DNA of 62,547 nucleotides from Aquabacterium olei (GCA_029279925.1 JAJUHM010000001.1:1-62547); one strand, 5' to 3'; counted from the first letter of the stretch, positions 51,791-60,914 are shown. Numbers and translations: made by a program. The notes: generated by a model from the letters alone, not told the origin.

Positions 51791-52518
51791 GCGCAGCTCC
51801 TCGGGCCCCAGCTTGCATACAGAGGCTCGTAGCGCAGCAGGATCACGCGCGGGTAGTGCTCGTTCTCACGCTGGTTTGCGGGCTGGATGCCGGGATTGAT
51901 CGTGCACGTGTGGCCGATGCAGACGCCGGGGTTGGCGCTGCGCGCCTGGCGCTTGTAGACCCAGCCCAGCCCGCCGTTGTAGGCGCTCAGCGTGAACGCC
52001 ATGCGCTCGCAGGGCGTGGCCGCCTTGATGCGCTGGCTGAGCCAGTGGTTGTATGTGACGAGGGCACGCAGCGACCAGGTCGGGTTGCTGGTGTCAGCGC
52101 CGGCCAGATCTGCACCGGGCAGCGTGCTGATCCAGGCGGCCGTGGTGGGCATGAACTGGGCGAGGCCATGCGCCCCCACTGGCGAGCGTGCGTTGCGCTG
52201 CCAGCGGCTTTCCTGGTGCACCTGGGCCGCGAATGTGGCAACGGGCGCCTGCACGCCCCAGACGCGTTGTGCCTCGCGCTTGAGGGTCAGCTTGTGGCGC
52301 TGGGCCGTCGCCGGGATCTGGTCTGCAGCATGGGCCGGTGTTGACCAGCTCAGCAGTGCCAGGACAGCGCCGAGCGTTGCGACGAAGCCGAGCAGGAAGG
52401 CTGCTGCGGCGCGGCGCATCGCGCGGCCGCGCTCGGCATCGTAGGCGCGCCAGTGCATGGTGTTGCGCATGCGAATCCAGCCCGCCCAGCGGCGCTCGAA
52501 TCGGGTGATGCCGCCCAT
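51787..52518 (-). CDS. SLT lytic transglycosylase endolysin with TM/signal segment
   Basis: HQES catalytic Glu, GLAQFMP, AYNGG, EN-x-x-YP. Confidence 0.9.
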   Translation of the reverse strand: MGGITRFERRWAGWIRMRNTMHWRAYDAERGRAMRRAAAAFLLGFVATLGAVLALLSWSTPAHAADQIPATAQRHKLTLKREAQRVWGVQAPVATFAAQVHQESRWQRNARSPVGAHGLAQFMPTTAAWISTLPGADLAGADTSNPTWSLRALVTYNHWLSQRIKAATPCERMAFTLSAYNGGLGWVYKRQARSANPGVCIGHTCTINPGIQPANQRENEHYPRVILLRYEPLYASWGPRSCA

Positions 52519-52521
52519 GGC

Positions 52522-52914
52522 TCAGGCCCCGAGGCAGATGGCAATCAGGCAGGCGCCGATGATGATGGCCCGGCGCAGCATGGCTTGTTCAGCGGAACAC
52601 GCGATGCAGCCGAGCTGGACGAAATCAGCGTCGTTGGCTGAGTTGTCGGGGCGGCCGTGGATGTCGCTGTCCTCGATCTCGTCGATCAGGAAGCTGTGCT
52701 CTTCGAGCAGCTCGTGCGGGCGGCTGTAGGGGAACACAAGCCGGTCAATCCAGTAGCCGGCCCAGCCGGCCAGGCTGGCCATGTGCAGCTTGTAGAGGCT
52801 GACGGCGATCAGGCTGCCGGGGGCCTGCTGCTGGGTGAGCAGTGATGCGATGAACAGCACGGCGCTGACCAGCATGAGGCCGGTCAGGCGGGGGACTTTG
52901 AAGGCGGTGGACAT
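52522..52914 (-). CDS. Putative holin (2/3-TM holin family)
   Basis: PRL...YKL...GYWIDR-x-x-FPY-x-RP...AMLRRAII; immediately precedes the endolysin. Confidence 0.82.
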   Translation of the reverse strand: MSTAFKVPRLTGLMLVSAVLFIASLLTQQQAPGSLIAVSLYKLHMASLAGWAGYWIDRLVFPYSRPHELLEEHSFLIDEIEDSDIHGRPDNSANDADFVQLGCIACSAEQAMLRRAIIIGACLIAICLGA

Positions 52915-52930
52915 GGCGACTCCAGATGTG

Positions 52931-52957
52931 AAAAAGGGCTACCGGATGGGTAGCCCT
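52931..52957 (-). terminator. Intrinsic terminator-like hairpin upstream of the holin
   Basis: 9-bp stem AGGGCTACC/GGTAGCCCT with a 5-nt loop, then a T-run on the minus strand. Confidence 0.7.
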
Positions 52958-53011
52958 CAGTTTCTGGAATCGGCCTTTTTGGGGCCTGGGGAATCGTTTC
53001 TCCCGAACCCG

Positions 53012-53581
53012 TCAGTCCTTGTGTGACGCGGCCTTGGCTCGCTCAGCTTGCACAACTGAATACCAGTTGAGCCACCGACTGAGACGGAAAATGCGCAATG
53101 CCGCTCTGAGTGCAAGCATGAGGCTGTAGACGAACAGAAGAAAGCCAATGGCGTCGGCTGCTGGCGTGAGGCTCTGGATTTGAGTCTTGCTCAAGCAAGG
53201 ACCTGGGTCGAAAGCAAGAGCTTTTGCGCATAGTGCATAAAGCAATGCCAGTACCTGAAAGAACACAAAGGCCATAAAGGCTGCACTCGTGCTCACGTAA
53301 GGTGACTTCAGTTCGTCACTCGAGCTGATGGCCGTCTTGAATTCATCGCTGCCGAAGCTGAGGAAGATTGCGAACCCGCTCAGAGTGAACCCGAGCAAGC
53401 TTGGTGTGACCGAAATGACATCCGCCCACCACGGCGTGGCATACCAAAGGCGCGTGCATAGCGCCGTGACCACTGCGGCTGCCCAAAAGTCCTTTCCGCT
53501 GTAGATAGCCCTCCAGCCGCCAATCACCCGCCATGTGAGCAGCAGCAGTTGGAGGTTGGTCAGTGGTCCAGGCGTTTTCAT
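53012..53581 (-). CDS. Multi-pass membrane protein, RexB-like partner
   Basis: About four hydrophobic helices; ATGA overlap with the upstream gene; visibly lower GC. Confidence 0.75.
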   Translation of the reverse strand: MKTPGPLTNLQLLLLTWRVIGGWRAIYSGKDFWAAAVVTALCTRLWYATPWWADVISVTPSLLGFTLSGFAIFLSFGSDEFKTAISSSDELKSPYVSTSAAFMAFVFFQVLALLYALCAKALAFDPGPCLSKTQIQSLTPAADAIGFLLFVYSLMLALRAALRIFRLSRWLNWYSVVQAERAKAASHKD

Positions 53582-54459
53582 CCCATGTTCCTGCGGCCCG
53601 TAAAGGAATCGATTGCGAAGCCGATGAGCGCATCCATCAATGTTGTCCTGGCGGGAATGTACTCTCCCTTCATAACAAGGGGGAACTTCTGGGACTTGGC
53701 GTGACCTGTGTGACCGGAAGGATCGCGCCCGTGCACCTCGACCTCCCCGTTCTGTGCTGCGATGCGAGACACACGTCGCAGAGGTTCATCGACCCGCAGT
53801 GTCGGCTGATCATCGTCCTTCACATAGGTCCTCTCCTCTCGCTTGGCTCCTAGGTCAGCGAGCCGTCTAAACACTTCTTGATCATCTTCGTAATCGGTCG
53901 GATTGATTCGTTCGAGTGTCAGGTGGAGCTTCCTGATCACGGGCCAACTGAGCATTGCCTCGAGCTGGCTGGTGTCGGTCATGATGGTCAGGTCCACAGT
54001 CCCGAACCGCTGCATGATCTCGTCCCTGCCAGTGAGAGCCTTGAGCAGGTTGCGCACGTTCGACGCCGAAAGCGAGCACGACCGCTCCTTGTTGATGAAC
54101 AGGAGCTGGTGGTTCTCAGTGTCGAGAACATACGGAACTTCCGTCATGTTCGGTCGAAGGTTTGCAGGGATCTGGACGCTGTGCCGAGTGTCCTCATCGG
54201 CTTCTCTACCAGACTCGACGTCTAGCCATCGCTGCGTGGGATCAATGTCGACAAAGGTGTAGAAGTACCCTACGACCCAGTCGTGCTCACGGATGCGAAC
54301 CAATCGGCGGTCGCCAATCATGAGGCCGAGATGTCCTCGCACGAAGATCGTGCCGAGGCTGTGCAGCGCGGCCCACAGCTGCGCGTACTCACTCGGGTGA
54401 TGCCTGGAATGGACGCGGATATTGATGCCGCATACCTGGAATGTTCTCTCCCTTGCCAT
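53578..54459 (-). CDS. DUF4747-like (RexA-like) protein
   Basis: MAR...INI-x-x-H...Y...IP-x-NLRPN...H-x-L...A-x-x-NG-x-V-x-x-x-G pattern, as I recall it for DUF4747. Needs an HMM check. Confidence 0.7.
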   Translation of the reverse strand: MARERTFQVCGINIRVHSRHHPSEYAQLWAALHSLGTIFVRGHLGLMIGDRRLVRIREHDWVVGYFYTFVDIDPTQRWLDVESGREADEDTRHSVQIPANLRPNMTEVPYVLDTENHQLLFINKERSCSLSASNVRNLLKALTGRDEIMQRFGTVDLTIMTDTSQLEAMLSWPVIRKLHLTLERINPTDYEDDQEVFRRLADLGAKREERTYVKDDDQPTLRVDEPLRRVSRIAAQNGEVEVHGRDPSGHTGHAKSQKFPLVMKGEYIPARTTLMDALIGFAIDSFTGRRNMG

Positions 54460-54524
54460 ATCTACTACTGCTCCCTAAAACTTGCTCTCTGCGTATCAAA
54501 ATGTCTTAACGAGATCAATGCCTG

Positions 54525-55112
54525 CTACCTGCCCCAGGCAATGATTTGCCCCTTCATCACATGGAGGTGGATGCCTCTCCCGGCGTAGCTGGTCACAACG
54601 CCGTCGACGCGGTTGATTTGGCCAGTTACATAGATTGCTCCGAGGCACTGCCGGGCTCGCTCGACTGTCATGCCAATGCGTGGTTGCATGTAGTCCTCAC
54701 CGCATGCCTTCTTGCGAGATGCAACCTCGGTGCTCCGGGCTCGCTCACGCGCGGTCTCCTGTCGCTCTTCCTGCTGCCTTTGCCGTTCGTACGCGGCCTG
54801 CCGCTGGGCTACCTCCTCCGCGTCCTGCTGCTGCCGAAGCTTGTGTGCCTCGAGCTGGCGCGCCTGCTCGACTGCTCGAGCACGGTTGTATTCGGCTTCG
54901 ATCCGGCGGTTCTCTTCGAGTTGCGCAGCCTGCTGTGCAGCCCGGCGCTCCCTTTCTGCCTCCGCCTTCTGAAAGAGAACACACTCATCTGGAGGCATGC
55001 GAACGCCCGTCTTGTACGTGCAATTGGCTAACGGTTCATCGCCCGAAACGGCACAAAAAGGCAGGGCTGTCGCAATGACGAAGGCAAGCGCCCGAACGTT
55101 CAATCTGTCCAT
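54525..55112 (-). CDS. Exported coiled-coil protein with small C-terminal domain
   Basis: Signal peptide, about 90 aa of E/Q/R/A helix, C-terminal PRIGMT...C-x-G. GAGG RBS 10 nt after the repressor stop. Confidence 0.7.
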   Translation of the reverse strand: MDRLNVRALAFVIATALPFCAVSGDEPLANCTYKTGVRMPPDECVLFQKAEAERERRAAQQAAQLEENRRIEAEYNRARAVEQARQLEAHKLRQQQDAEEVAQRQAAYERQRQQEERQETARERARSTEVASRKKACGEDYMQPRIGMTVERARQCLGAIYVTGQINRVDGVVTSYAGRGIHLHVMKGQIIAWGR

Positions 55113-55122
55113 TTGCAATCCC

Positions 55123-55812
55123 TCACCATTCGTGCATTGATGCGACAACGCGCCCGACGATCTGGACGTCGCTCGTGTCGCTGAGTTGAACGTCATACGA
55201 GGCGTATTGCTGGTTCGCACTGCTGACCCGCAAGACGCCACCAGGCAGCAGCTGGCAGAACTTGACGAGCAGCTCGTCACCCTGCCTCAGCACATAGACA
55301 TAGCCGCTTCGCGGGCGGGTGTCGGCCAGGTCAATCAGTACGCGATCACCGTCCGAAAGCACGCCGTCCATGGAGGCCCCTCGGACTTCAATCACCTTCA
55401 GCTGCTGGGGGTTGAGCCCACGGCGATTGATCCAGGCACGCGAGAAAGCCAGGCCTTGGACTGCGTACTCCGCCTCGGGCGCGTTGAGTGTCCCGTTGCC
55501 AGCGCTGGCCTTGACGTCCAGCAGTGGGATGGTGACGAACGCGTCGTGATTGGCTGAGCTCGTGTGGCGAAGGCCGCTGATCACGAACATGACGTCTACC
55601 CCGGCTGTCATTGCCGCCGACAGATAGATCGTGTCTGGTGCGCGGCGCCCCGCTTCGTAGTTGACCTGGCTGGTCTTGCTGACCCCGCAGGCCTCTGCCA
55701 GCTGCATCTGGCTCAGCTTGAGCCGCTGTCGTTCCGCGGCCAGGCGCGCGCCGACCTCCCTGCTTTGTGCAGGGATTTCTGCGTACTCGTCATGGGCCAC
55801 GTTTGTTGACAT
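55123..55812 (-). CDS. Phage repressor (XRE HTH + S24 peptidase)
   Basis: LSQMQLAEACGVSKTSQVNYEAGRRAP HTH; ASAG cleavage site; catalytic Ser in GASM and Lys in LVK. Confidence 0.92.
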   Translation of the reverse strand: MSTNVAHDEYAEIPAQSREVGARLAAERQRLKLSQMQLAEACGVSKTSQVNYEAGRRAPDTIYLSAAMTAGVDVMFVISGLRHTSSANHDAFVTIPLLDVKASAGNGTLNAPEAEYAVQGLAFSRAWINRRGLNPQQLKVIEVRGASMDGVLSDGDRVLIDLADTRPRSGYVYVLRQGDELLVKFCQLLPGGVLRVSSANQQYASYDVQLSDTSDVQIVGRVVASMHEW

Positions 55813-55920
55813 CGAGGGGGCTGGCGCCAAGTGCGCACCGTGAATTAACCGTTACCTGCGGGTAATTCTCGCACCCACGATTCGGCACCGCTACCCCTAC
55901 CGAGACCCCTAACAGAGTGG

Positions 55921-56041
55921 CGTTTGTGACCGCATGCAACCGTCGCGGTCAACAAAACGGCACCACGCCTGTTGCGTGATCCGTTTTGTTGCCTTACACT
56001 GGCTGACAGTTAAACAACTGTGTTTTATCTGTCAACGAAGG
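55921..56041. promoter_or_regulatory. Immunity-region operators/promoters
   Basis: Perfect 11-bp inverted repeat CAACAAAACGG (55950-55960) / CCGTTTTGTTG (55981-55991), related half-sites at 55800, 55921 and 56031, and dyad ACAGTT-AAAC-AACTGT (56006-56021). Confidence 0.65.
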
Positions 56042-56048
56042 TAGACCG

Positions 56049-56267
56049 ATGAGCAAGCCGAGGACGAAAGTGGCAACAAGTGTGATTTCTGGAGTGCGCA
56101 ATGGTGAACAGGCCAAAGCGTGGGTTTATTCCCAGGGGATGACGCTCCGGCAGTTCGCTGAAACACACCGGCTCACCTTCCGTGTGGTGAGCGAAGTCAT
56201 TCGAGGTGTGAACAAGGGCCTGTACGGCGAAGGGCACCGGGCGGCTCAAGCGCTCGGCATGAAGTGA
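56049..56267 (+). CDS. Ner/Cro-like DNA-binding protein
   Basis: G-x-T-x-x-QFA...V-x-x-G-x-NKG-x-YGEGH-x-AA-x-x-LGMK; divergent from the repressor. Confidence 0.82.
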   Translation: MSKPRTKVATSVISGVRNGEQAKAWVYSQGMTLRQFAETHRLTFRVVSEVIRGVNKGLYGEGHRAAQALGMK

Positions 56268-56295
56268 TCCTGAAAGTCACCAAACGGAGTACTAG

Positions 56296-57294
56296 ATGAG
56301 CAAGAAGACCAAGGATGTGGCTGTGATCGAGGCGAGTGCGGACGTCCGCACTCTCGGAAATTTCGGGGACGCCGAGCGACTGCTGGCTCACCAGATGGGC
56401 ATCAACCTGGAAGCGAGTGCGGACGTCCGCACTGAGCAGGCTGTGTTCGCTCAGAACGTCGCCACATACAACCTGATTCAGGCCGGGCTGCTGCTTTCCA
56501 GCGTGAAGGCGGACCTCGGCGCGGAAGAATTTGAAGCGCTGATTGAAGACCGCGGCCTCACGAAGCGCCGCGCCTATGAGTTGATGCAAGGGGCGAGCTT
56601 CTGTGCGCGCCTTCCTGAAGCGCAGCGCGACGAAGTGCTGCACCTGCAGAAGAGCAAGGTCTTGGCCTTGGCCGGGGCCGACCCGGAGGTGGTGCAAGCC
56701 ATGCTGGAGGACGATGCGCCCGACATCAGCACCATGAGCTACCGGGCGCTGCGCGACCGCATCCGCGACCTGGAAGCCGCCATCGCCGACCGCGACGTGA
56801 AGCTCGAGACGGCCCAGGCTGAGGCCACTGCGGCAAAGAAGGCCGCGAAGAAGGAGCGCGCCAGCGAGGTGCCGGTCGCGATCTATGACATCCGCGCCGA
56901 AGCGGTGGACCATGTCGAGCGGTCGCGCCTGGCTGTTGAGGAGATCAGTGCGCTGGGCCGCGACCTCTACAACCTGCGCGGTGTCGAGGGCGTCTATCAG
57001 TGGGTCGACCCCACGGCCCGATTGACGCTGACGGGCCTCCAGGCGCTGCGTATCCAGATCGATGGCGTGATCAAGAGCATGGTGGACGCATTCGAGGTCG
57101 ACGGCGTGCAGCCGGCACCGTTGAGCTACCTGACGCCCGACGAAGTGGGTGAGGCAGCCAAGCGCTTCGCCGACCTCGTCGCGTTGCACCAGCACGAGAA
57201 GGCCCTGCGCGCATGGGAGCGCGAGCAAGAGCGCCCGCGTGGCAAGGGCCGCCCCTCGGCAAAGCCCGAGGCCCCCAAGACCCGCACCGAGTGA
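56296..57294 (+). CDS. Early protein, DUF3102-like N-terminal helical domain + coiled coil
   Basis: AG-x-LL-x-x-x-K...EF...GL-x-x-R-x-A-x-x-LM pattern; lies between ner and the transposase. Confidence 0.7.
   Translation: MSKKTKDVAVIEASADVRTLGNFGDAERLLAHQMGINLEASADVRTEQAVFAQNVATYNLIQAGLLLSSVKADLGAEEFEALIEDRGLTKRRAYELMQGASFCARLPEAQRDEVLHLQKSKVLALAGADPEVVQAMLEDDAPDISTMSYRALRDRIRDLEAAIADRDVKLETAQAEATAAKKAAKKERASEVPVAIYDIRAEAVDHVERSRLAVEEISALGRDLYNLRGVEGVYQWVDPTARLTLTGLQALRIQIDGVIKSMVDAFEVDGVQPAPLSYLTPDEVGEAAKRFADLVALHQHEKALRAWEREQERPRGKGRPSAKPEAPKTRTE
56334..56433. repeat. Two copies of the perfect 18-bp palindrome AGTGCGGACGTCCGCACT
   Basis: Copies at 56335-56352 (extends to 20 bp) and 56416-56433, 81 bp apart. 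Confidence 0.95.
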
Positions 57295-57320
57295 CCCCCT
57301 GAAACGAACTGGGGAACGAC

Positions 57321-58976
57321 ATGGGCAACGTGCTCAAACTCACCAAACAAATCACCGCGATGAGTGACCTGCCATCGGTGTTGTCTGCAGACCCGTGGTC
57401 TGCGGCAACAGACGTGCAGCGCCGCACGGCTGAGCTGCGCGAGGTGATCGTCAAGCCGCTGTTCGACCTGGTGCAAAACGGCGTGTCCATCACGAAGGTG
57501 GCCGAGCTGTTCGTGGCCCGGGTTGCTGCCGGCACGCTGGACCCGAACACCCAGCACATGCTGCGGCTGCTGTCACGCGATGGCGAGGCGCCCAGCGTGC
57601 CGACGATGAAGCGCTGGCTGGCCGACTACAAGGCCAGCGGCAAGGCCGGCTTGCTGCCGAAGCACACGGGCCGCGTGCGCCGTGAATACGGCTGGGAAGC
57701 CCGCGCCATCGAGCTCTACAACATCCCGTCAAAGCCGGGTTACATGGACGTTGCACAGCGCCTGATGTTCGAGGGCTTCGCTGACGTGACCGAGAGCCGC
57801 GTGAAGCGCTTCATCAAGCAGCTGCCGGCGACGCTGGGTGAGCACAGCCCGGCCCGTGTCGGCCGACACCTGCACAAGCTGAAGCGGCAGCACTTTCAAC
57901 GCCGCAACCTGGACGAAGTGCTGGTGGGCGAGATCTACGCGGGCGACGGCCACACCGCCGACTGCTACGTGGGCCACCCGAACACGGGCAAGCCGTATCG
58001 CCCCGAGCTGACGGTGTTCATCGACATCAAGAGCCGGTACATCACGGGCTGGTATCTGACCGAGTCGGAAAGCGCGGTGTCGACGCTTTACGCGCTGAGC
58101 TATGCAATGGCCTCGCACGACCACGTGCCGGCCTGGGTGTACATCGACCAGGGCCCTGGCTACCGCTCCAAGATGCTCAACGACGAGGCGACCGGCTTCT
58201 ATGGCCGATTCGACATCGCGGTGATCGGCGCCATCCCGGGCAACCCGCACGGCAAAGGCTGGATCGAGCGGTTCTTCCGCACCGTGCGGGACAAGCACGA
58301 CAAGTTCTTCGCGGGCGGCTCGGTGTACTGCGGCGAAGACATGGCGCCTGAGATCAATCGGCGCATGAGTGCCGAGCTGGCGCAAGGCAAGCGCACGCTG
58401 CCGAGCCTGGCGCAGTACGTCGACAGTTTCCGCGCCTGGCTGGACCAGTACCACCAGACGCCGATGGACGTGCTCGGTGGCCGCACGCCGGCCCAGGTGT
58501 GGGCTGGCCTGACGCCGGTCAGTGTGGGGCTGCCCGACCAAGTGCTGGTGCGACCGCACGAGCTGCGCTCGGTGCAGCGGCAGACGGTGCGCCTGCACAA
58601 CCGGACCTACTACCACGAGGCCCTGGCGCTGTACGACGCGAAGGAGGTCGACGTGGAGTACGACCTGCACAACGACAGCAAGGTGTGGGTGTTCGATCGC
58701 AAGGGGCGCTTCGTGTGCGAGGCCAAGCTGGTCAACACCATCGGCGTGCTGCCCACAAGCCGGCTGGAAGAGCAGCGCCAGAAGCGGCAGGCCGGCCAGC
58801 TCAAGCGGCTGCAGCGTCACATCGACGAGGTCAACGCCCGTGCCCAGGACGCGATCAGCGCCGCAGACGTGGTGGCGAGCCTGGAGGCCATCACACCCAC
58901 AACCATCGACCTGCCGACGCCTGAAGTCGCGCCGGTCATCGAGATCGATCTGCTCAACTGGAGGGATAAGACGTGA
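57321..58976 (+). CDS. Mu-like transposase A (DDE)
   Basis: Catalytic triad in GDGH / YIDQGPGY / KGWIERFF; C-terminal Mu-transposase-like domain. Confidence 0.92.
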   Translation: MGNVLKLTKQITAMSDLPSVLSADPWSAATDVQRRTAELREVIVKPLFDLVQNGVSITKVAELFVARVAAGTLDPNTQHMLRLLSRDGEAPSVPTMKRWLADYKASGKAGLLPKHTGRVRREYGWEARAIELYNIPSKPGYMDVAQRLMFEGFADVTESRVKRFIKQLPATLGEHSPARVGRHLHKLKRQHFQRRNLDEVLVGEIYAGDGHTADCYVGHPNTGKPYRPELTVFIDIKSRYITGWYLTESESAVSTLYALSYAMASHDHVPAWVYIDQGPGYRSKMLNDEATGFYGRFDIAVIGAIPGNPHGKGWIERFFRTVRDKHDKFFAGGSVYCGEDMAPEINRRMSAELAQGKRTLPSLAQYVDSFRAWLDQYHQTPMDVLGGRTPAQVWAGLTPVSVGLPDQVLVRPHELRSVQRQTVRLHNRTYYHEALALYDAKEVDVEYDLHNDSKVWVFDRKGRFVCEAKLVNTIGVLPTSRLEEQRQKRQAGQLKRLQRHIDEVNARAQDAISAADVVASLEAITPTTIDLPTPEVAPVIEIDLLNWRDKT

Positions 58977-59944
58977 GCGAGAACAACGTGCGCAGCAGCG
59001 CCTATACCGAAGACGATCTGGTGATCGTTGATGAGGTCGATAAGTGGCTGAAAGGCCATGGCGAATCGCGCGCATTCCTGGCGCGCAAGACCAAGATCCC
59101 CAGCGGAACGGTCAGCCAGATCCTCAACGGAAAGTACCCCAGCTCGCCGACCGAGCAGCTGCGCCGCATGCAGCAAGCGCTGCGTGTGGAGTCGGAGCGC
59201 CTGGCCGATGGCCCCGTGGGCTACGTGCTGACCAGCGTGCACAAGCTGCTGCATGTTGTGTGTGACCGCACCCGCAAGAACGCCTCGATCGGCATCTACT
59301 GCGGGTACGTGGGCATCGGCAAGACCAAGGGCTGCAAGGAATACACGGCCACGCACCCGCAGACGGTGATGATCGAGTCGAGCCCGAAGATGACGCCGGG
59401 CGTGATGCTGATGGAGCTGCTGAGCCAGCTCAACGTGCCCGCCCCGGCCGGCCTGGACAACAAGTTCCGGGCGGTGGTGAGCGCGCTGAAGGGCGCCTCG
59501 TACCTGCTGATCGTCGATGAGGCCAACCGCTGCAACGCCGACACGCTGGAATACCTGCGGCGCATTCGTGACATGGCGGGCGTGGGCATCGTCCTGGTCG
59601 GCACCGAGAAACTGGCCGAGCTGATCCAGCCCGAGCGCGGCCAGTTCGACCAGGTGCGCAGCCGGGTCGGCATGTGGCCGGCCACGGTCAAGAAGATCAC
59701 CCGCGATGACGCCGACGAGCTGGCCCGCGCCGCCCTGCATGAGATGGGCGACCTGAGCGACGAGGTGCTGGACACGCTGTGGCGTTACTGCGATGGCAGC
59801 GCCCGTGTGCTGATGGAGGGGTTCGTGCCCAACATCCGCGATTTCTTCGCAGGCCAGCGGCCCCTGCGCCCCGAGCACATCGAGGGCGTTGCCCGCGACG
59901 TGCTGTTCATGAACGTCCCTGGCCGCCGAGGAGGTGAGAAGTGA
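58973..59944 (+). CDS. MuB-like AAA+ ATPase
   Basis: N-terminal HTH, GYVGIGKT Walker A, LIVDEA Walker B, SRVG. Confidence 0.92.
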   Translation: MSENNVRSSAYTEDDLVIVDEVDKWLKGHGESRAFLARKTKIPSGTVSQILNGKYPSSPTEQLRRMQQALRVESERLADGPVGYVLTSVHKLLHVVCDRTRKNASIGIYCGYVGIGKTKGCKEYTATHPQTVMIESSPKMTPGVMLMELLSQLNVPAPAGLDNKFRAVVSALKGASYLLIVDEANRCNADTLEYLRRIRDMAGVGIVLVGTEKLAELIQPERGQFDQVRSRVGMWPATVKKITRDDADELARAALHEMGDLSDEVLDTLWRYCDGSARVLMEGFVPNIRDFFAGQRPLRPEHIEGVARDVLFMNVPGRRGGEK

Positions 59945-60255
59945 TGCTGATCGCAATGCTGAGCCGCGCCCATGTTGCGCTGGCTGATCGGGCCGCGGGT
60001 GCGGCTGACCGGGTGATGTTCTGGGCCCGTGTGGCGCGCGAGAGCGGCGTGCGTGGTCTCGTGTTGAGCCTGCGCATCCACACCGCGGGCCGTGCCATCG
60101 CCAACACCTACGAGCACATCGATGCCGAGGTGCGGCAGCACGAGGAGCAGCTGCGATGGCTGCGCGAGGAGCTGGCCAAGGCCAAGCGGGCGCATGCAGA
60201 GGCCTACGCGGAGCTGCGCGATCTGTACGCATCGGCCCGCCCCAACCAACACTGA
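59941..60255 (+). CDS. Hypothetical early protein
   Basis: GTGA overlap with the ATPase stop; GGAGG RBS; coiled-coil C-terminus. Confidence 0.65.
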   Translation: MMLIAMLSRAHVALADRAAGAADRVMFWARVARESGVRGLVLSLRIHTAGRAIANTYEHIDAEVRQHEEQLRWLREELAKAKRAHAEAYAELRDLYASARPNQH

Positions 60256-60274
60256 CTTTCAACGGAGAGAGAGC

Positions 60275-60913
60275 ATGGACGGAATCATTCAATCCACGAT
60301 CACGGAGGGCCGCAATGACGGCTTCTGGACCGATGCGCAGGGCCGCATGGTGCCGATCGAGAAGATCAAAGACATCGACAAGCTGCGTGACAGCGTGGTG
60401 CGCGAGCTGTGCGAGAAAGCGAAGGAGATCGCCAAGCTGCTGAGCGACTTCCGCATGGCATCGATGGCCGAGGTCGAGGCCTTCGTGACGACGAGCCACG
60501 AGCAGTACGGCAAGCGGCTGGGCGGCACCAAAGGGAACATCACGCTGACGTCGTTCGACGGCAAGCTGCAGGTGGTTCGGCAGATTCAGGAGTCGCTGGC
60601 GTTCGATGAGCGCCTGCAAGCCGCCAAGGAACTGATCGACCAGTTCATCCACGACCAGCTCGACGGCGCAAACGACAACATCCGCGCGCTGGTGTTCCAG
60701 GCGTTCCAGGTGGACAAGGAGGGCCAGGTCAGCACGAGCCGCGTGCTTGGCCTGCGCCGCCTGAAGATCGATCACCCGGTTTGGCTGCAAGCGATGGAGG
60801 CGATCGGGGACAGCATCCGCACGGCCAGCAGCAAGCCGTACATCCGGTTCTACCAGCGCGACCAGAACGGCAAGCTGGTGAGCATCTCGCTCGACATCGC
60901 TGCAGGGGGCTGA
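60275..60913 (+). CDS. DUF3164 family protein
   Basis: DAQG-x-x-VP...D-x-LRD...KGNITLTSFDG...FDERLQAAK-x-LID...K-x-YIRFY. Confidence 0.85.
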   Translation: MDGIIQSTITEGRNDGFWTDAQGRMVPIEKIKDIDKLRDSVVRELCEKAKEIAKLLSDFRMASMAEVEAFVTTSHEQYGKRLGGTKGNITLTSFDGKLQVVRQIQESLAFDERLQAAKELIDQFIHDQLDGANDNIRALVFQAFQVDKEGQVSTSRVLGLRRLKIDHPVWLQAMEAIGDSIRTASSKPYIRFYQRDQNGKLVSISLDIAAGG

Positions 60914-60914
60914 C

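Noticed and set aside
53012-54459. Kiwa (KwaAB) assignment for the soluble + membrane pair
   Set aside because: In Kiwa the membrane gene comes first and KwaB is DUF4868; order and motifs here fit DUF4747/RexAB-like better.
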